Shown piece by piece: positions 41,561-53,524 of a stretch of DNA of 64,000 nt (its first letter is position 1; each line of letters opens with the position of its first letter). Source of the stretch: a bacterium (lineage in GTDB: Bacteria; SAR324; NAC60-12); contig CBDBHR010000030.1 in NCBI GenBank assembly GCA_965205865.1, positions 480,001-544,000 of the forward strand, written 5' to 3'. The notes under the pieces were generated by a model, which saw nothing but the letters and a program-made list of their open reading frames with translations, ran no database searches and was not told where the DNA came from. The translations under genes were made by a program, and so were the position numbers.

Positions 41561-44500
41561 TTAAGGTGAGACAAACAATTTTTCAAAGCGTTGCAGGCCG
41601 TCCAGAATATGATTCATTGAATTGGGGATGTTGTTCAGAATCAGAGTGTTTTCGGGAACAAAACGGAGTGGGGTTTGTGGCTGTTGCAGCCATTCAATCA
41701 GTTTTTCAGTATTCAGCTTATCGGTTTTCAGGATTTGTACTTGCAACTGATTGTTGCGATGTTCGATGGTTTTAAAAGCGAAACGCTGCCCTAACAGACG
41801 GGCTTGGGTGCTTTTGAACAAATCGATCAACGGGTCGGGCAAATGCCCGAAACGATTTTCCGTCTCATCCCTTAAGTTTCGGAGCGCCTCTTCATCGCGC
41901 ACCGCCGCCAGTTTTTTATAGAGGCCCAATCGTTGACCGGAGTTGCGGACGTAGGTTTCGGGGATATGACATTGCGCATCAAAACTGATTTTGATTGCTT
42001 CAAGTGGAAACGATTCTTTTTGTTTTTTCAGTTTTTTCACGGCATCGTCTATCATTTGAGTATAGAGTTCCATTCCCACACTGGCAATATGTCCGGATTG
42101 CGCGGCTCCCAACAAATTCCCGGCACCCCGCAATTCCAAATCCCGGGAGGCAATTTTGAATCCGCTTCCCAATTCGTTGAGTTCCTGCAGAATTTTTAAG
42201 CGCTCTTCAGCAACTTGGCTCAGGATGCCGTCCGCAGGAACCAGCAAATACGCATAGGCTTGCAGGTTGCTGCGTCCTACTCTACCGCGGAGTTGGTACA
42301 GTTGAGACAAACCGAATTGATGGGCATTGTTGACGATGATGGTGTTGGCGCGGGGAATATCCAGTCCCGATTCGATAATGGTCGTGGAAACCAAGACCTC
42401 ATACTCTCCTTCAATAAAACGCATCATGATCTTTTCCAACTCATTCTCGCTCAGCTGCCCGTGAGCAATGGCAATTCCCACGTCCGGTAAGATTTGCTTG
42501 AGATATGAAGCATATTCATAAATAGTCTCCACGCGATTGTGCACGATAAAAACCTGTCCATTCCGTCGAATTTCCCGGCTGACGGCTTCTTGAATGATGT
42601 GGGCATTGGATTTGACAAAACGGGTTCGTATCGACAGACGGTCCGGCGGTGGTGAGTGAATCAAGCTCAGGTCCCGTATTCCGAGCATGGACATGTACAA
42701 GGTTCGTGGAATGGGAGTGGCGGAGAGAGTGAGGACATCGATCTCGGCGCGGAACTTTTTGATCTTTTCTTTATGGCGCACTCCGAAACGCTGTTCCTCA
42801 TCGACAACGAGCAGTCCTAAATCCTTGAATTCAATATCGGCAGATAACATGCGATGGGTGCCAATCAGAACGTCCACTGTTCCGCAGGCAAGTCGTTTGA
42901 TAATCTGACGCTGTTCCGCAGGCGTACGAAAGCGGCTGAGCACTTCAATGGTTACGGGCATGCCGTCCATGCGGTTGCGGAACGAGACAAAGTGCTGTTG
43001 CGCTAAAATCGTTGTTGGTACCAAGACACCCACCTGCTTACTATCGGCAACGGCTTTAAAGGCCGCACGGATGGCAATTTCCGTCTTGCCGAAGCCCACA
43101 TCTCCACAAACGAGGCGATCCATTGGATAGGCGCTTTCCATATCCGCTTTGACTTCCCGGATAACGATCGACTGGTCCTCTGTTTCTTCAAAAGGGAAAG
43201 CCAATTCGAATTCTGTCATCAGGTGATTATCGGGAGCATAACAAAAGCCCTGTTTTGCATTGCGGGCAGCATAAATCTCCACTAAATCATGGGACATTTC
43301 TGCTACTGCCTTCGCGACTTTGCTCTTCGCCTTCGTCCAGGCTTTTTCTCCCAACTTGTTCAAGCGAGGTGGGGAGCCGTCGGCATTGATATACTTTTGT
43401 ACCAGATGGAATCGGTCTACCGGAATATAGACCTTTTCCTCCCTGGCATAAGTGAGCACCATGAAGTCGGAACTTTGCCCCGTGACATTGATTTTTTCCA
43501 AACCCCGGTAACGCCCGACGCCATAATCCAGGTGAACCACGTGATCCCCTTCCTCCAAGTCCTCCAAATTTCCCATCACTTGTTGGATATTGCTTTGATT
43601 CAATCGTCGTTTTCGGAATTTTTCTCCAAAGATTTCTTCCTCCGTGAGCAATGCGAACTCAATCTTTCCCCGGTCATTGGCCATGCGAAATCCGCAAGAC
43701 AGAGGACCCGTCAAAATCGGGCTCTCTGCGCAATCCCGGGGGAGTCTGAATCCGTTTTTCAACCAATCTTCCCAACCAGGCTTTTCGTTTTTCAAAGCCT
43801 GGCCATTCCCCTCTACTCTGAAATCAGCCAGCAGTTCTTTCAAATGATCCGCATGGGTTTGATTTCTGGCGGTGAACAGGACGGTTGCTCCATCCTGCTG
43901 CCAACTTTTAATTTTCCGGATTGCATGGGCTACCGATGAATGGGGATCTTGATGGGCTTTTCGTCCATCAGTCCGCAGGGAATGATTGTCCAGGAACGAG
44001 CAATCATAAAAAGGATGAACATGATTCAGCGACTTGGACGATTCAAAGAGATTCAGGGTCAAGAACTTCTTGAAAGCGAGTTCAACATCCTGGTGACTGA
44101 GATACGACTGCTCCGGTTTCAAGGCATAGTGCTTTTGTTGACGACTCAGTTCATATTCCATAAAAATTTCATCATAGACCGCCCGTGATTTCTCCTTGAT
44201 CTTCCAGGGTTCATCCAAGACGAGCAAACTGCGGGGGTCCCAATAGTCAAAAAGAGAGGAAGGGTTTTGATAGAACAACCCGAGCAAAGATTCGATTCCG
44301 GAAAAATATTGTTTCTGCTGCAACAAAGCGCATGTTTGCTCCAGTACTGCGGACGGATTTTGTCGCTGCGCTTGCTCCAGCATTTCCTGCGCATGACTAT
44401 GGATATCCGCGCTGAAGAGTATTTCCTGAGCTGGTAAAATGGCAATGCTTTCCAGAGGTTGTCCTGCGGAAAGCTGGGTTTGTACATCAAAGACTTTGAT

Positions 44501-45082
44501 GCTCGAGAGCGATTCGTGTTCCCATTCCAGGCGCAAGGGGGTTTGATGGTTGAGCGGGAAAAGATCCACTATTTCCTCCCGTACGCTGTATTCTCCTCGT
44601 TCTTCCACCACATCCACCAGGATGTAACCCGCCTCTCCGATCCGCCTCAGTAGAAAAGGACGAGGAATGCTTTTTCCGCATTGCAATTCGAAGCAATTTC
44701 GCAAAAAAAGTGATTGGGGAATCATGCGCTGCATGAGGGCCATAGGGGTGGTGATCAACAACTGAACCTGTTTGTCATGCAAAGCTTTCAGCGCTTGAAA
44801 GCGACGGGAAACAATATCCCTGTGTGGCGAAAAATTGTCGTAAGGTAAGGTGTCCCAATGCGGAAAAAAATAAAGCCCTTCCCCTCCGGAGAAAAAATGA
44901 AGGTCTTCCTGAAGTTGTTCCGCCCTTTCAAACGAATCTGCAACCACAATGACCGGGCGACCATTGAAACGCGGCAACTGCGAAACGAGCAAGGATTTAC
45001 TCGAACCTCGCAAACCTCCAAGATAGAGATTTTGGCTCTGATTCGGGAGGTTGCTCAAAAACTTTTTGAGTGCGTCGTTCAT
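41561..45082 (-). CDS. mfd: transcription-repair coupling factor
   Basis: VVH..YG.G, MDRLVCGDVGFGKTE, DEEQRFGV, SATPIPRTL, QLRGRVGRS, DLELRGAGN. Confidence 0.97.
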   Translation of the reverse strand: MNDALKKFLSNLPNQSQNLYLGGLRGSSKSLLVSQLPRFNGRPVIVVADSFERAEQLQEDLHFFSGGEGLYFFPHWDTLPYDNFSPHRDIVSRRFQALKALHDKQVQLLITTPMALMQRMIPQSLFLRNCFELQCGKSIPRPFLLRRIGEAGYILVDVVEERGEYSVREEIVDLFPLNHQTPLRLEWEHESLSSIKVFDVQTQLSAGQPLESIAILPAQEILFSADIHSHAQEMLEQAQRQNPSAVLEQTCALLQQKQYFSGIESLLGLFYQNPSSLFDYWDPRSLLVLDEPWKIKEKSRAVYDEIFMEYELSRQQKHYALKPEQSYLSHQDVELAFKKFLTLNLFESSKSLNHVHPFYDCSFLDNHSLRTDGRKAHQDPHSSVAHAIRKIKSWQQDGATVLFTARNQTHADHLKELLADFRVEGNGQALKNEKPGWEDWLKNGFRLPRDCAESPILTGPLSCGFRMANDRGKIEFALLTEEEIFGEKFRKRRLNQSNIQQVMGNLEDLEEGDHVVHLDYGVGRYRGLEKINVTGQSSDFMVLTYAREEKVYIPVDRFHLVQKYINADGSPPRLNKLGEKAWTKAKSKVAKAVAEMSHDLVEIYAARNAKQGFCYAPDNHLMTEFELAFPFEETEDQSIVIREVKADMESAYPMDRLVCGDVGFGKTEIAIRAAFKAVADSKQVGVLVPTTILAQQHFVSFRNRMDGMPVTIEVLSRFRTPAEQRQIIKRLACGTVDVLIGTHRMLSADIEFKDLGLLVVDEEQRFGVRHKEKIKKFRAEIDVLTLSATPIPRTLYMSMLGIRDLSLIHSPPPDRLSIRTRFVKSNAHIIQEAVSREIRRNGQVFIVHNRVETIYEYASYLKQILPDVGIAIAHGQLSENELEKIMMRFIEGEYEVLVSTTIIESGLDIPRANTIIVNNAHQFGLSQLYQLRGRVGRSNLQAYAYLLVPADGILSQVAEERLKILQELNELGSGFKIASRDLELRGAGNLLGAAQSGHIASVGMELYTQMIDDAVKKLKKQKESFPLEAIKISFDAQCHIPETYVRNSGQRLGLYKKLAAVRDEEALRNLRDETENRFGHLPDPLIDLFKSTQARLLGQRFAFKTIEHRNNQLQVQILKTDKLNTEKLIEWLQQPQTPLRFVPENTLILNNIPNSMNHILDGLQRFEKLFVSP

Positions 45083-45578
45083 ACCTGAATCAAGAAACAA
45101 ACCGTTATTTCAGTGAGTGGAGTTCTGATGGAATAAAATGCGTAATGCCAATGATCTGATTCGAAGAGGAGGGCAGTTGTTTGCTTTGAAAGCGTAACAT
45201 ATTTCGCGAGGATGACATATAAATCAGGATGCTCATATTATTGAAGATTTATGTCGAACTCAGATTAACATAAGATATATCCTGTTCCAATTAAAAAAAC
45301 AATTCCTAATCCCACATCGTCCCTGCACCGACAATTCGAGTGATCGACGCATGCCACTCTCCTCGTATTTTCTTCACGATTCTCCGGCATACTTGACAGA
45401 AGAGGCCACAAGGATTACTCTGAAAAGGATCTTCGCATCCACCGATACAACAACATTGTAATCCCCGGATTCCCGCTTTCACGGGGATGATATTTTTGTT
45501 GTGAACTCGTTTGAGTAAACACAACGTTTTAAATGCAACTTCGTATAGAGTGCCATTACAAGCAGTAGATAGGACAAA

Positions 45579-47810
45579 ATGAGTTCTGAGCCACAAGCAG
45601 GTACATCCGCAGAGATTTCCTTCAAAAAGGGAAGTCTCCCAAAGGCGCAATCCAAAGTGGGAAAAAAGCTGAAAGATCCACTTTCCCGGCCTAAGACGAT
45701 TCCGCTCCCATCCGATTGGAGCAAATGCGACCCCGGTGAGCTCACGCACCCTTCGTTATATATCAACCGGGAATTGAGCTGGTGCCAATTCAATATGAGG
45801 GTATTGGATCAGGCATTCGACGCCAAACATCCATTACTGGAGAGAGTTAAATTTTTTGCCATCGTCGCTTCCAACCTCGATGAATTTTTTATGATCCGCA
45901 TTGCCACCTTGCTGCGCATCATCCGCTCCGATCTGGAAAATATTACGCCCGACGGGTTGAGCACTACCGAAGCGTTTTGGGCTATTCATGAAGAAGTCGA
46001 TAAAATGATGGCCAAACAGCGGGAATGCTGGAATTCTGTTTTGCGTCCTCTGTTGGCTGAAGAATCCATTGAAATCCTTGAGCCCTCGGAATACACGCCC
46101 GGAGTCCGCCAATACCTGGCAAATTACTTCAAAACGGAAATATTTCCGATTCTCACTCCGCTCGCCTTTGATCCCTCCCATCCCTTTCCGCACATTTCCA
46201 ATCTCAGTCTAAATTTTGCAGTGGAAGTGCGTCATAACGAGCAAGTCAAATTCGCTCGGGTCAAGATCCCCCCCATCTTTCCCCGTTTTATTGCCCTTCC
46301 TGAGGAATTGAGTCGTAAATCAAAACGAGGAGCAGTTGGCAATCGCTTTGTCTTTGTGGAAGACGTGATAAAAATCAACATGAGTGCCTTGTTCCCCGAA
46401 ACCCAAGTGGAAGCCATTTACCTTTTCCGGGTGATTCGAGACACGGACATCGAAATCCGGGAAGATGAAGCCTCGGATTTGCTGGAATCGGTGAGCGAAG
46501 GATTGAAACAGATTCGTTATGGCGAGATATCCCGACTGGAAATCGAAGAAAAGATGCCACAGCGGATTTTGGAGATCCTCATCGAAAATTTTCATGTTCC
46601 TGAGAGCGCGATTACGGGGACCCAAGACCGTATGGGCTATGCGGATTGGATGACGTTGATGAAGATCAATCGTCCCCGTCTGAAAGATTCATTGCTGAAG
46701 CCCTTTGTCCTCTTTGATTCTATTGAAAGTCCTGATGCGATTTTTGAAAAAATCAAATATGAAGATTATTTTCTGCACCACCCTTATGATTCTTTCAGCG
46801 CGCTGGAAACTTTTTTGAAAGCGGCAGTGGACGATCCCCAGGTGATTGCCATCAAGATGACCCTCTATCGCGTGGACGCCGATTCTCCCATCGTGGAATT
46901 GTTGACAAAAGCCCGTGAAATTGGAAAACAGGTAGCCGTTTTGGTAGAGTTGAAAGCGCGTTTTGATGAAGAAAGCAATATTTTGTGGGCGCAACGGATG
47001 GAGGCGGCCGGCGTGCACATGGTCTATGGGGTTTTGCGTCTCAAAACCCATTGCAAACTCTGCTTGATTGTTCGCAAGGAAGCCGAAGGCATCCGACGCT
47101 ACGTCCACATCGGCACGGGAAATTACAATCAAGTCACCTCTCGAATCTACACGGATTTGGGGATATTTACTGCGCACCGGGGGATTGTGGAAGACGTCTC
47201 CCAGATCTTCAATTACCTGACAGGCTATTCAAACCAGAAGTCATTCAGAAATTTGCTGGTCTCTCCTGTCAGTTTTCGTTCCGGTATCATCGACCTCATC
47301 GAAAAGGAAACGGAGCGCGCCAAAGCGGGTCACTCGGCGCATCTCATTTTCAAAATCAATCAAATCACCGATCCCCCTGTCATCCAAACGCTCTACAAAG
47401 CCTCGCAGGCAGGCGTGAAGGTGGATTTGATCGTCCGTGGAATTTGCTGTTTACGCCCCGCTATTGCCGGCATCAGCGACAACATTCGCGTCATATCCAT
47501 CATCGGCCGGTTTTTAGAGCATTCGCGGATTTTTTATTTCCACAACAAGGGGCAGGAAGAAATTTACATTGGCAGTGCCGATCTGATGGAACGCAACTTG
47601 GACAGACGGGTGGAAGTGGTCACTCCCATTTACAGCAGAAAAATCAAAAATTACTTGAAAACCCACGTCCTCGATATCATGCTGAAGGACAATCAACAGG
47701 CCAGTGAACTGCAGATCAACGGGGAATACATCGATGTATCTCCTTCCAAGGCCACTCCCATCAGTACCCAAAAATATTTACTGGACTGGCACGGTTCCCG
47801 TCTCAATTGA
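45579..47810 (+). CDS. ppk1: polyphosphate kinase 1
   Basis: NRELSW..FN.RVL, HHPYDSF, VELKARFDE, KTHCK, GTGNYN, FLEHSR, SADLM.RNL.RRVE. Confidence 0.97.
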   Translation: MSSEPQAGTSAEISFKKGSLPKAQSKVGKKLKDPLSRPKTIPLPSDWSKCDPGELTHPSLYINRELSWCQFNMRVLDQAFDAKHPLLERVKFFAIVASNLDEFFMIRIATLLRIIRSDLENITPDGLSTTEAFWAIHEEVDKMMAKQRECWNSVLRPLLAEESIEILEPSEYTPGVRQYLANYFKTEIFPILTPLAFDPSHPFPHISNLSLNFAVEVRHNEQVKFARVKIPPIFPRFIALPEELSRKSKRGAVGNRFVFVEDVIKINMSALFPETQVEAIYLFRVIRDTDIEIREDEASDLLESVSEGLKQIRYGEISRLEIEEKMPQRILEILIENFHVPESAITGTQDRMGYADWMTLMKINRPRLKDSLLKPFVLFDSIESPDAIFEKIKYEDYFLHHPYDSFSALETFLKAAVDDPQVIAIKMTLYRVDADSPIVELLTKAREIGKQVAVLVELKARFDEESNILWAQRMEAAGVHMVYGVLRLKTHCKLCLIVRKEAEGIRRYVHIGTGNYNQVTSRIYTDLGIFTAHRGIVEDVSQIFNYLTGYSNQKSFRNLLVSPVSFRSGIIDLIEKETERAKAGHSAHLIFKINQITDPPVIQTLYKASQAGVKVDLIVRGICCLRPAIAGISDNIRVISIIGRFLEHSRIFYFHNKGQEEIYIGSADLMERNLDRRVEVVTPIYSRKIKNYLKTHVLDIMLKDNQQASELQINGEYIDVSPSKATPISTQKYLLDWHGSRLN

Positions 47811-47864
47811 TAATTGACGACCTGCTTGTTTTTCAGCAAAACTGCTTGAGCAGCGCCTCAGAAT

Positions 47865-48212
47865 CTAGACATTCCAAAGGATCACTGCGCAAACCAAAGT
47901 CCCAACAATCGCAACTCCATAGCTTAAAATCGCAATGGGCGCATTCCAGTATTTCAATTGCAACCCGTCAATGAGGAGGGAGCGAAAACGGTGAGCCCAA
48001 TGAAAAAGGGAAAGCGAAATTAGTCCAAAGAGAAATAATCGTGTCAGCGGGTGTTTCAGCAGAGTGAATAACTCGGGATATTGGGGCGCTTCAATCCACC
48101 CCAGGGGAAACACCAGACCATTCAGGAGCAGCAAAATGGGAAGAAAGAATGCGGAAAGTACCCCGCCTGCACTGAACATTGTCCACCAAAAAGGATCGCT
48201 ATTTTTTCTCAT
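47865..48212 (-). CDS. frdD: fumarate reductase subunit D
   Basis: SDPFWWTMFSAGG, HWAHR, three TM helices, operon position. Confidence 0.88.
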   Translation of the reverse strand: MRKNSDPFWWTMFSAGGVLSAFFLPILLLLNGLVFPLGWIEAPQYPELFTLLKHPLTRLFLFGLISLSLFHWAHRFRSLLIDGLQLKYWNAPIAILSYGVAIVGTLVCAVILWNV

Positions 48213-48227
48213 CTCCGTTTTTCCCCG

Positions 48228-48644
48228 CTAAATAATGATGAGGATTGAAGCAATGATTGCGGAAATGACAATCCAGGCAAGGTAATGCGATGCCGTGATT
48301 GCCGCACCGGGAATGGTTTTATTGCCAAGACGGAGGACCAGCGCTTTTTGAGCAAGATGGAACCAGCTGATACTGTGAAAGAGTAAAAACAAAAAAGCAA
48401 TGAGATGTAAAATCAGAGAACCCGGCGTTTGCAGCCACTGCGAGAAAGTTGCGTAGACCTCCTCCCCCTGCGATAATGCGCGAATATGAATCAACAGCAT
48501 TATTGCATAGAAGGCGACGAACACGCAGGTAAATTCTCGCAAAATGAATTTGGCATGCGCCCATTTATGGGTCCACCAGAGAATGGGGATGCGCTTGCGA
48601 TACGACTTGGGATGATATTTCGTATAACTCGGATTGTCATTCAT
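48228..48644 (-). CDS. frdC: fumarate reductase subunit C
   Basis: YRKR...WW......FILREFT, HSISWF.L..KA. Confidence 0.88.
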   Translation of the reverse strand: MNDNPSYTKYHPKSYRKRIPILWWTHKWAHAKFILREFTCVFVAFYAIMLLIHIRALSQGEEVYATFSQWLQTPGSLILHLIAFLFLLFHSISWFHLAQKALVLRLGNKTIPGAAITASHYLAWIVISAIIASILIII

Positions 48645-48700
48645 CGTGATCTTTCCTCCCAATGGCCAGGACGAGGTTTCAGGGATAAAATCTTGAATTG

Positions 48701-49444
48701 CTATTCACCGGCCCCGGGCATCAATAAAGATTTCCACCAGTCCGCAGTGCCGGTTAATTTGTAGCGCTGAATGGCACCTGCCGGATCAACGTCTTTGGGA
48801 CATACTACGGAGCACTCTCCAACCAAGGTGCATTCAAAGATACCATCGTCTTCCGCAAGCACGGCGAGCCTCTCTTTGTTACCCTCATCCCGGTTGTCAA
48901 AATTGTAACGTTGGGCCAGCGCAATTGCCGCGGGACCAATAAAATCCGGTTCCAGACCATAAATCGGACATGCCGCGTAGCAAAGCGTGCAGTTGATACA
49001 CATACTGTATTGCTTGAACTCGGCAAGTTCGGCGGGAGTCTGTAAATATTCCCCATCCGACAGCGGCTTTTCTTCTTTGCGAATAATCCACGGCTTTACT
49101 CGTTGCAATTTCTCCATGAAGTCGCTCATTTCAACGACAAGATCCCGAACAACGGGAAAATTATCCATGGGAGCGACTCGGATGGGACCGGGTTGGTAGG
49201 CCTGCAAGAAAGTCGCGCACGTCAAAACAGGGGTGTTGTTGACCATCATTCCACAACTGCCACAAACCCCCATACGACAAGACCAGCGGTAAGACAAAGT
49301 GCCATCCAGATGGTCCTTGATGTAATTCAGGGCATCCAAAATGACCCAGTCTTTGTGAAGAGGAACTTCATAGCTCTGGTAGACCGGTTCTGATTCATTT
49401 TCCGGACGATAACGTAAGACTTCAAGGGTGATGTTGGTTGACAT
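48701..49444 (-). CDS. frdB: fumarate reductase iron-sulfur subunit
   Basis: [37 protein letters not shown]. Confidence 0.93.
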   Translation of the reverse strand: MSTNITLEVLRYRPENESEPVYQSYEVPLHKDWVILDALNYIKDHLDGTLSYRWSCRMGVCGSCGMMVNNTPVLTCATFLQAYQPGPIRVAPMDNFPVVRDLVVEMSDFMEKLQRVKPWIIRKEEKPLSDGEYLQTPAELAEFKQYSMCINCTLCYAACPIYGLEPDFIGPAAIALAQRYNFDNRDEGNKERLAVLAEDDGIFECTLVGECSVVCPKDVDPAGAIQRYKLTGTADWWKSLLMPGAGE

Positions 49445-49507
49445 AGAACCTCTTCAACTGCTTGAGACCCTTCATTTTGGACAAAGGGCTTTTTGAAAAA
49501 TAATCAT

Positions 49508-51259
49508 TTAATTTCCGTAAACGCGTTCTCCCGGGGGCCAACGCGTAATCGTCACCGGCAGGTATTCCACGCGCGGCGCTCCGTCGTCGCTATGGTAGGC
49601 CAAGCTGTGAGCCAGAAAATTTTCATCGTCACGCTGCGGGAAATCCGTACGCTGATGCGAGCCTCGGGACTCTGTCCTTTGCAACGCGGATTGCGTAACG
49701 GCCTCCGCCACGTCCAACATATAACCAAGCTCCAACGCATTGACCAGTTCCGTATTGAAGGTGAGGCTGTGATCATCGAGGGAGAGGTTCAAAAATCGTT
49801 CCTGAAGTTGTCCGATGATTTGCTGAGATTTCTTCAGAGACCCTTGATCCCGGTAAATGCCAGCACCCTCTTCCATCGCCTGATGCATCTCTTTTCTCAA
49901 TTGAGCGATACGCTCTTTTCCGCCTTTCTTTCTGAGAAACTGCTGTTCCAGTCGTTTGGCTTCATCGGACACCAGTGTCTGCAAGTGGGAGCCCGGTTGT
50001 TTCTGATCCAAGGCGAAGCGGGCCGCCGCCGTTCCCACTCTTGCGCCAAAAACCAACAATTCCGTCAGGGAATTGGAACCAAGTCGATTGGCCCCGTTGA
50101 TACTGACGCAGGCTGCTTCGCCGGCGGCATAAAGGCCTTCCAAAGGGGTTTCCCCATGAATATTGGTGTGGATCCCTCCCATCATGTAATGCACCACCGG
50201 CCTCACGGGGATCATTTCTTTTACCGGATCGATATTTTCGTACTTCATACAAAGTTCGCGGACAAAAGGCAATTTGGTATTGATCACCTCCTCACCCAAA
50301 CGACGGAGATCAAGATGGACATAGTGTCCGTATTCACCGGCGAAAGTTCGTCCCTTTTCCATCTCCTTGACAAAAGCTTGAGAGAGCCGGTCGCGAGGTC
50401 CGAGTTCCATGGAACGCAGAACGGGTTCCGCTTGCGGAGCGCCCAAATTGTAATCTTGCAGGTAGCGATAGCCATCTTTGTTGAGTAACCACCCTCCTTC
50501 GGCGCGAGAGGCTTCAGTGATGAGAATTCCGGTAAAAGGAAGTCCGGTAGGATGATACTGCACAAACTCCATATCTTTAAGGGGAACACCCGCTCGGTAG
50601 GCCAGCGACATACCATCACCGTTTTTGATATTGGCATTGGTGGTAAATGGAAACACTTTGCCACATCCCCCCGTGCAAACTATGACGGCTTTGGCCATGA
50701 TGGCGTGAATTCTTCCGGTTGCCAGTTCAATCGCCACTACCCCTTGACAACGACCTTCATTCACCAGCAATTTGGTGACGAAATATTCGTCATATCGTTG
50801 TACGGGGTGATATTTGAGACTGGTTTGGAACAGGGTGTGAAGCATGTGAAAGCCTGTTTTATCAGCAGCATACCAGGTTCGTTTGATCTTCATTCCACCA
50901 AATGGACGCACGGCAACAGTGCCATCCGTTTCCCTGCTCCAGGGACACCCCCAATGCTCGAGTTGCAGCATCTCACGGGGCGCTTCATGGACAAAGGCTT
51001 CTACGGCATCTTGATCACAAAGCCAGTCTGCGCCGGAGATCGTATCGTAGGCGTGAGCATCCGGACTGTCATTCGACTTGATGACGGCTGCCGCGCCTCC
51101 TTCCGCGGATACGGTATGGCTGCGCATGGGATAAACTTTCGAGACGACGGCGATGCTCAAATCCGCATTCGTCTCTGCAACTGCAATTGCTGCCCGAAGA
51201 CCTGCTCCACCTCCGCCCACGATGAGGACGTCGTGCGCGCGTGTTTCATATGCGACCAT
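49508..51259 (-). CDS. frdA: fumarate reductase flavoprotein subunit
   Basis: [43 protein letters not shown]. Confidence 0.93.
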   Translation of the reverse strand: MVAYETRAHDVLIVGGGGAGLRAAIAVAETNADLSIAVVSKVYPMRSHTVSAEGGAAAVIKSNDSPDAHAYDTISGADWLCDQDAVEAFVHEAPREMLQLEHWGCPWSRETDGTVAVRPFGGMKIKRTWYAADKTGFHMLHTLFQTSLKYHPVQRYDEYFVTKLLVNEGRCQGVVAIELATGRIHAIMAKAVIVCTGGCGKVFPFTTNANIKNGDGMSLAYRAGVPLKDMEFVQYHPTGLPFTGILITEASRAEGGWLLNKDGYRYLQDYNLGAPQAEPVLRSMELGPRDRLSQAFVKEMEKGRTFAGEYGHYVHLDLRRLGEEVINTKLPFVRELCMKYENIDPVKEMIPVRPVVHYMMGGIHTNIHGETPLEGLYAAGEAACVSINGANRLGSNSLTELLVFGARVGTAAARFALDQKQPGSHLQTLVSDEAKRLEQQFLRKKGGKERIAQLRKEMHQAMEEGAGIYRDQGSLKKSQQIIGQLQERFLNLSLDDHSLTFNTELVNALELGYMLDVAEAVTQSALQRTESRGSHQRTDFPQRDDENFLAHSLAYHSDDGAPRVEYLPVTITRWPPGERVYGN

Positions 51260-51704
51260 TCACTCTCCTGAGGAATCCAAGATCTCTCGCGTTGCTCGAG
51301 ACGACAGGGTATTTTCGGTTGAAAAATCTATTGACGATATGAGTTCCGCATGTGCGCCGGCTCATTAATAAAACGAGATGGATTTTATAGCAATCGGTTA
51401 ATTGCGCAAGATAAAAACATCGCTTGAATACGCGCCCTCAGAAACGATATTCGTAAAGGATCGACCGGTAATGAGGAATGTCTTTCTTCGTACGCTAGAA
51501 TACCCCTCCCCTTGAGGGAGGGGCTAGGGGAGGGGTAAACCGATTTCAAAGTCTGCCCGAAATCCATTTTGCTCATCGAATTCAGGGCGAAATGGAAGAG
51601 TGGGGCCATCCCTGGTATGATAAACAATCAGACGCAAGAAACCTGAAGGCGCCCTGCTTTTTTTCTGCTGAATCACTCATACTGAACAAGCGGACTGCTG
51701 AAAA

Positions 51705-52172
51705 ATGTACAAAATACGCTTCATCTGGGTGGGCAAAACTCAAGATGCCTACCTGAAAACGGGGATCGATCAATATCTGTCGAAATTACAACATTACTCG
51801 TCCATCTCATGTTTGGAAACCAGGGCGGGCAACTACGCGCATGGAAACCAGAGACTCTGGCGCATTAAAGACACCGAAGCCATCCTGAAAAAACTCCATG
51901 CATCTGATACGACGATTGTCCTCGATGAACGAGGGCAGCAAAAATCTTCACGACAATTGGCTCGATTACTGGAACAACAGAAAACGATTCAGCGCCGCCA
52001 GCTGAATTTTGTCATAGGAGGCCCATACGGTCTGGAATTGTCACTTTTTGAAAATCCCACCCTCTTGAGCCTTTCTCCCATGACTTTTCCGCACCAGATG
52101 GTAAGATTGATCCTCATGGAACAAATTTACCGGGCATTTAAAATCATCAACGATGAGCCATATCATCATTAA
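51705..52172 (+). CDS. rlmH: 23S rRNA pseudouridine1915 N3-methyltransferase
   Basis: LDERG, FVIGGPYG, LS.MTFPHQMVRLILMEQIYRA, PYH. Confidence 0.95.
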   Translation: MYKIRFIWVGKTQDAYLKTGIDQYLSKLQHYSSISCLETRAGNYAHGNQRLWRIKDTEAILKKLHASDTTIVLDERGQQKSSRQLARLLEQQKTIQRRQLNFVIGGPYGLELSLFENPTLLSLSPMTFPHQMVRLILMEQIYRAFKIINDEPYHH

Positions 52173-52192
52173 TCTTCAATCAAGCATCATTC

Positions 52193-53503
52193 ATGAGACG
52201 ACTCGTCATATTGGCTGCAATTTTGATCTTTCTCTGCATTGCCGGTTATTTCATTTACATGAATAACCACAAAGTTCCTCTTGTACTGATGGGTTCTTAT
52301 ACACTTCATTTATCCTTGTGGCTCATCTTATTCGCAGTGTTTCTTTTCGGCTGGTTACTGGCTTGGATCCATCAAGTTCTTTTTCATCCGGATCGCCTGT
52401 TTCAACGAATCAAAAACCGCCTGGCGCGTTTTCAAGACACCAAACGGGAGAAAAAGCGCCAGACCTATTTTGACGCTTCTCTACGCTATGATTTGAAAGC
52501 AATGCGAGCTACTTTCCGCAGTATGCGGCGTTCGGACAGGCTCCCTTTGCATATCAGAGCGCATTATTTGAAACAACAACGTTACCAACAATCCAGTGCT
52601 TCCTTGATGGAGGCTTTTCACCAACTCAAACAACAATACACCGGCAATTTGCAGGTCCTGCTTCCCTATCAAAAACTGGCGCTGGAATTACAGGAATGGG
52701 GACTTGCGGAATTGCTCAGCCAGGAAATTCTGGATTTGGAAAAAGACCATCCCCGTGGCCTGGAAGGATTGCGGCAGATCCATCAACACCGGCAGGAGTG
52801 GGAAAAATGCGCGCAGCAGGAAGTCAAACTCCTCACCCGTTTCCCCCAAAGCATGGTTGCCGAGCTCTTGCTTTTCCAACATGAAATCCACTTGCTCAAA
52901 GGATACGAACAAAATCCCCGCTTGATTTCGCAAAAAAACTTGAACCATTTTCCGGGCAAAGCCTCCGCGTTCAAAGAATTTCATCAAGTCACGCTGGCGC
53001 TGGCGGAAGCGGAGCGAATGTGCCGCAGCCAACAATACGAACAAGCTGCCAGATTGCTCAAACGCAGCTATGAGAAAACTGCCGCCCCCGTCTTGTTGGA
53101 TCGCTTGGAGTCCATATTTTACCAAACAGGGCAGAGTGAGAAAGTCTCGAGTATTTTGCGTGATCTCCAACTGTCTTCTTCAGCAACCCTCTACGTGGAC
53201 TTGGTCCGGGCTCGCATTCATTATCGTTTGAATCAGTTCGACCAGGCCCGTTCCATATTGAGCAGATTGGCCACCCGGCACCCCAAGCCACCTGTCTTGT
53301 ATCGCACTCTGGATTATCTGCTCGCGAAGCAAGAAAGTAATCAAGAGCAACTTATCGAAGCGGCGCAGTCGTTGATTCCGGCAGAAACCCTGCTGGCAAA
53401 CCTCTATTCCTGCAAACAGTGCGGAGCAGTCGGTGATTGGCAATCCGTCTGTCAGCGTTGCAACCACGTATACAGCTACGTTCACCGTGATCACTTGACC
53501 TGA
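52193..53503 (+). CDS. membrane-anchored TPR-like protein with C-terminal zinc ribbon (LapA/LapB- or HemY-like layout)
   Basis: Two N-terminal TM segments, helical repeats, YSCKQCG....WQSVCQRC. Confidence 0.7.
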   Translation: MRRLVILAAILIFLCIAGYFIYMNNHKVPLVLMGSYTLHLSLWLILFAVFLFGWLLAWIHQVLFHPDRLFQRIKNRLARFQDTKREKKRQTYFDASLRYDLKAMRATFRSMRRSDRLPLHIRAHYLKQQRYQQSSASLMEAFHQLKQQYTGNLQVLLPYQKLALELQEWGLAELLSQEILDLEKDHPRGLEGLRQIHQHRQEWEKCAQQEVKLLTRFPQSMVAELLLFQHEIHLLKGYEQNPRLISQKNLNHFPGKASAFKEFHQVTLALAEAERMCRSQQYEQAARLLKRSYEKTAAPVLLDRLESIFYQTGQSEKVSSILRDLQLSSSATLYVDLVRARIHYRLNQFDQARSILSRLATRHPKPPVLYRTLDYLLAKQESNQEQLIEAAQSLIPAETLLANLYSCKQCGAVGDWQSVCQRCNHVYSYVHRDHLT

Positions 53504-53524
53504 GTACAAGGGACCGGAAGATTT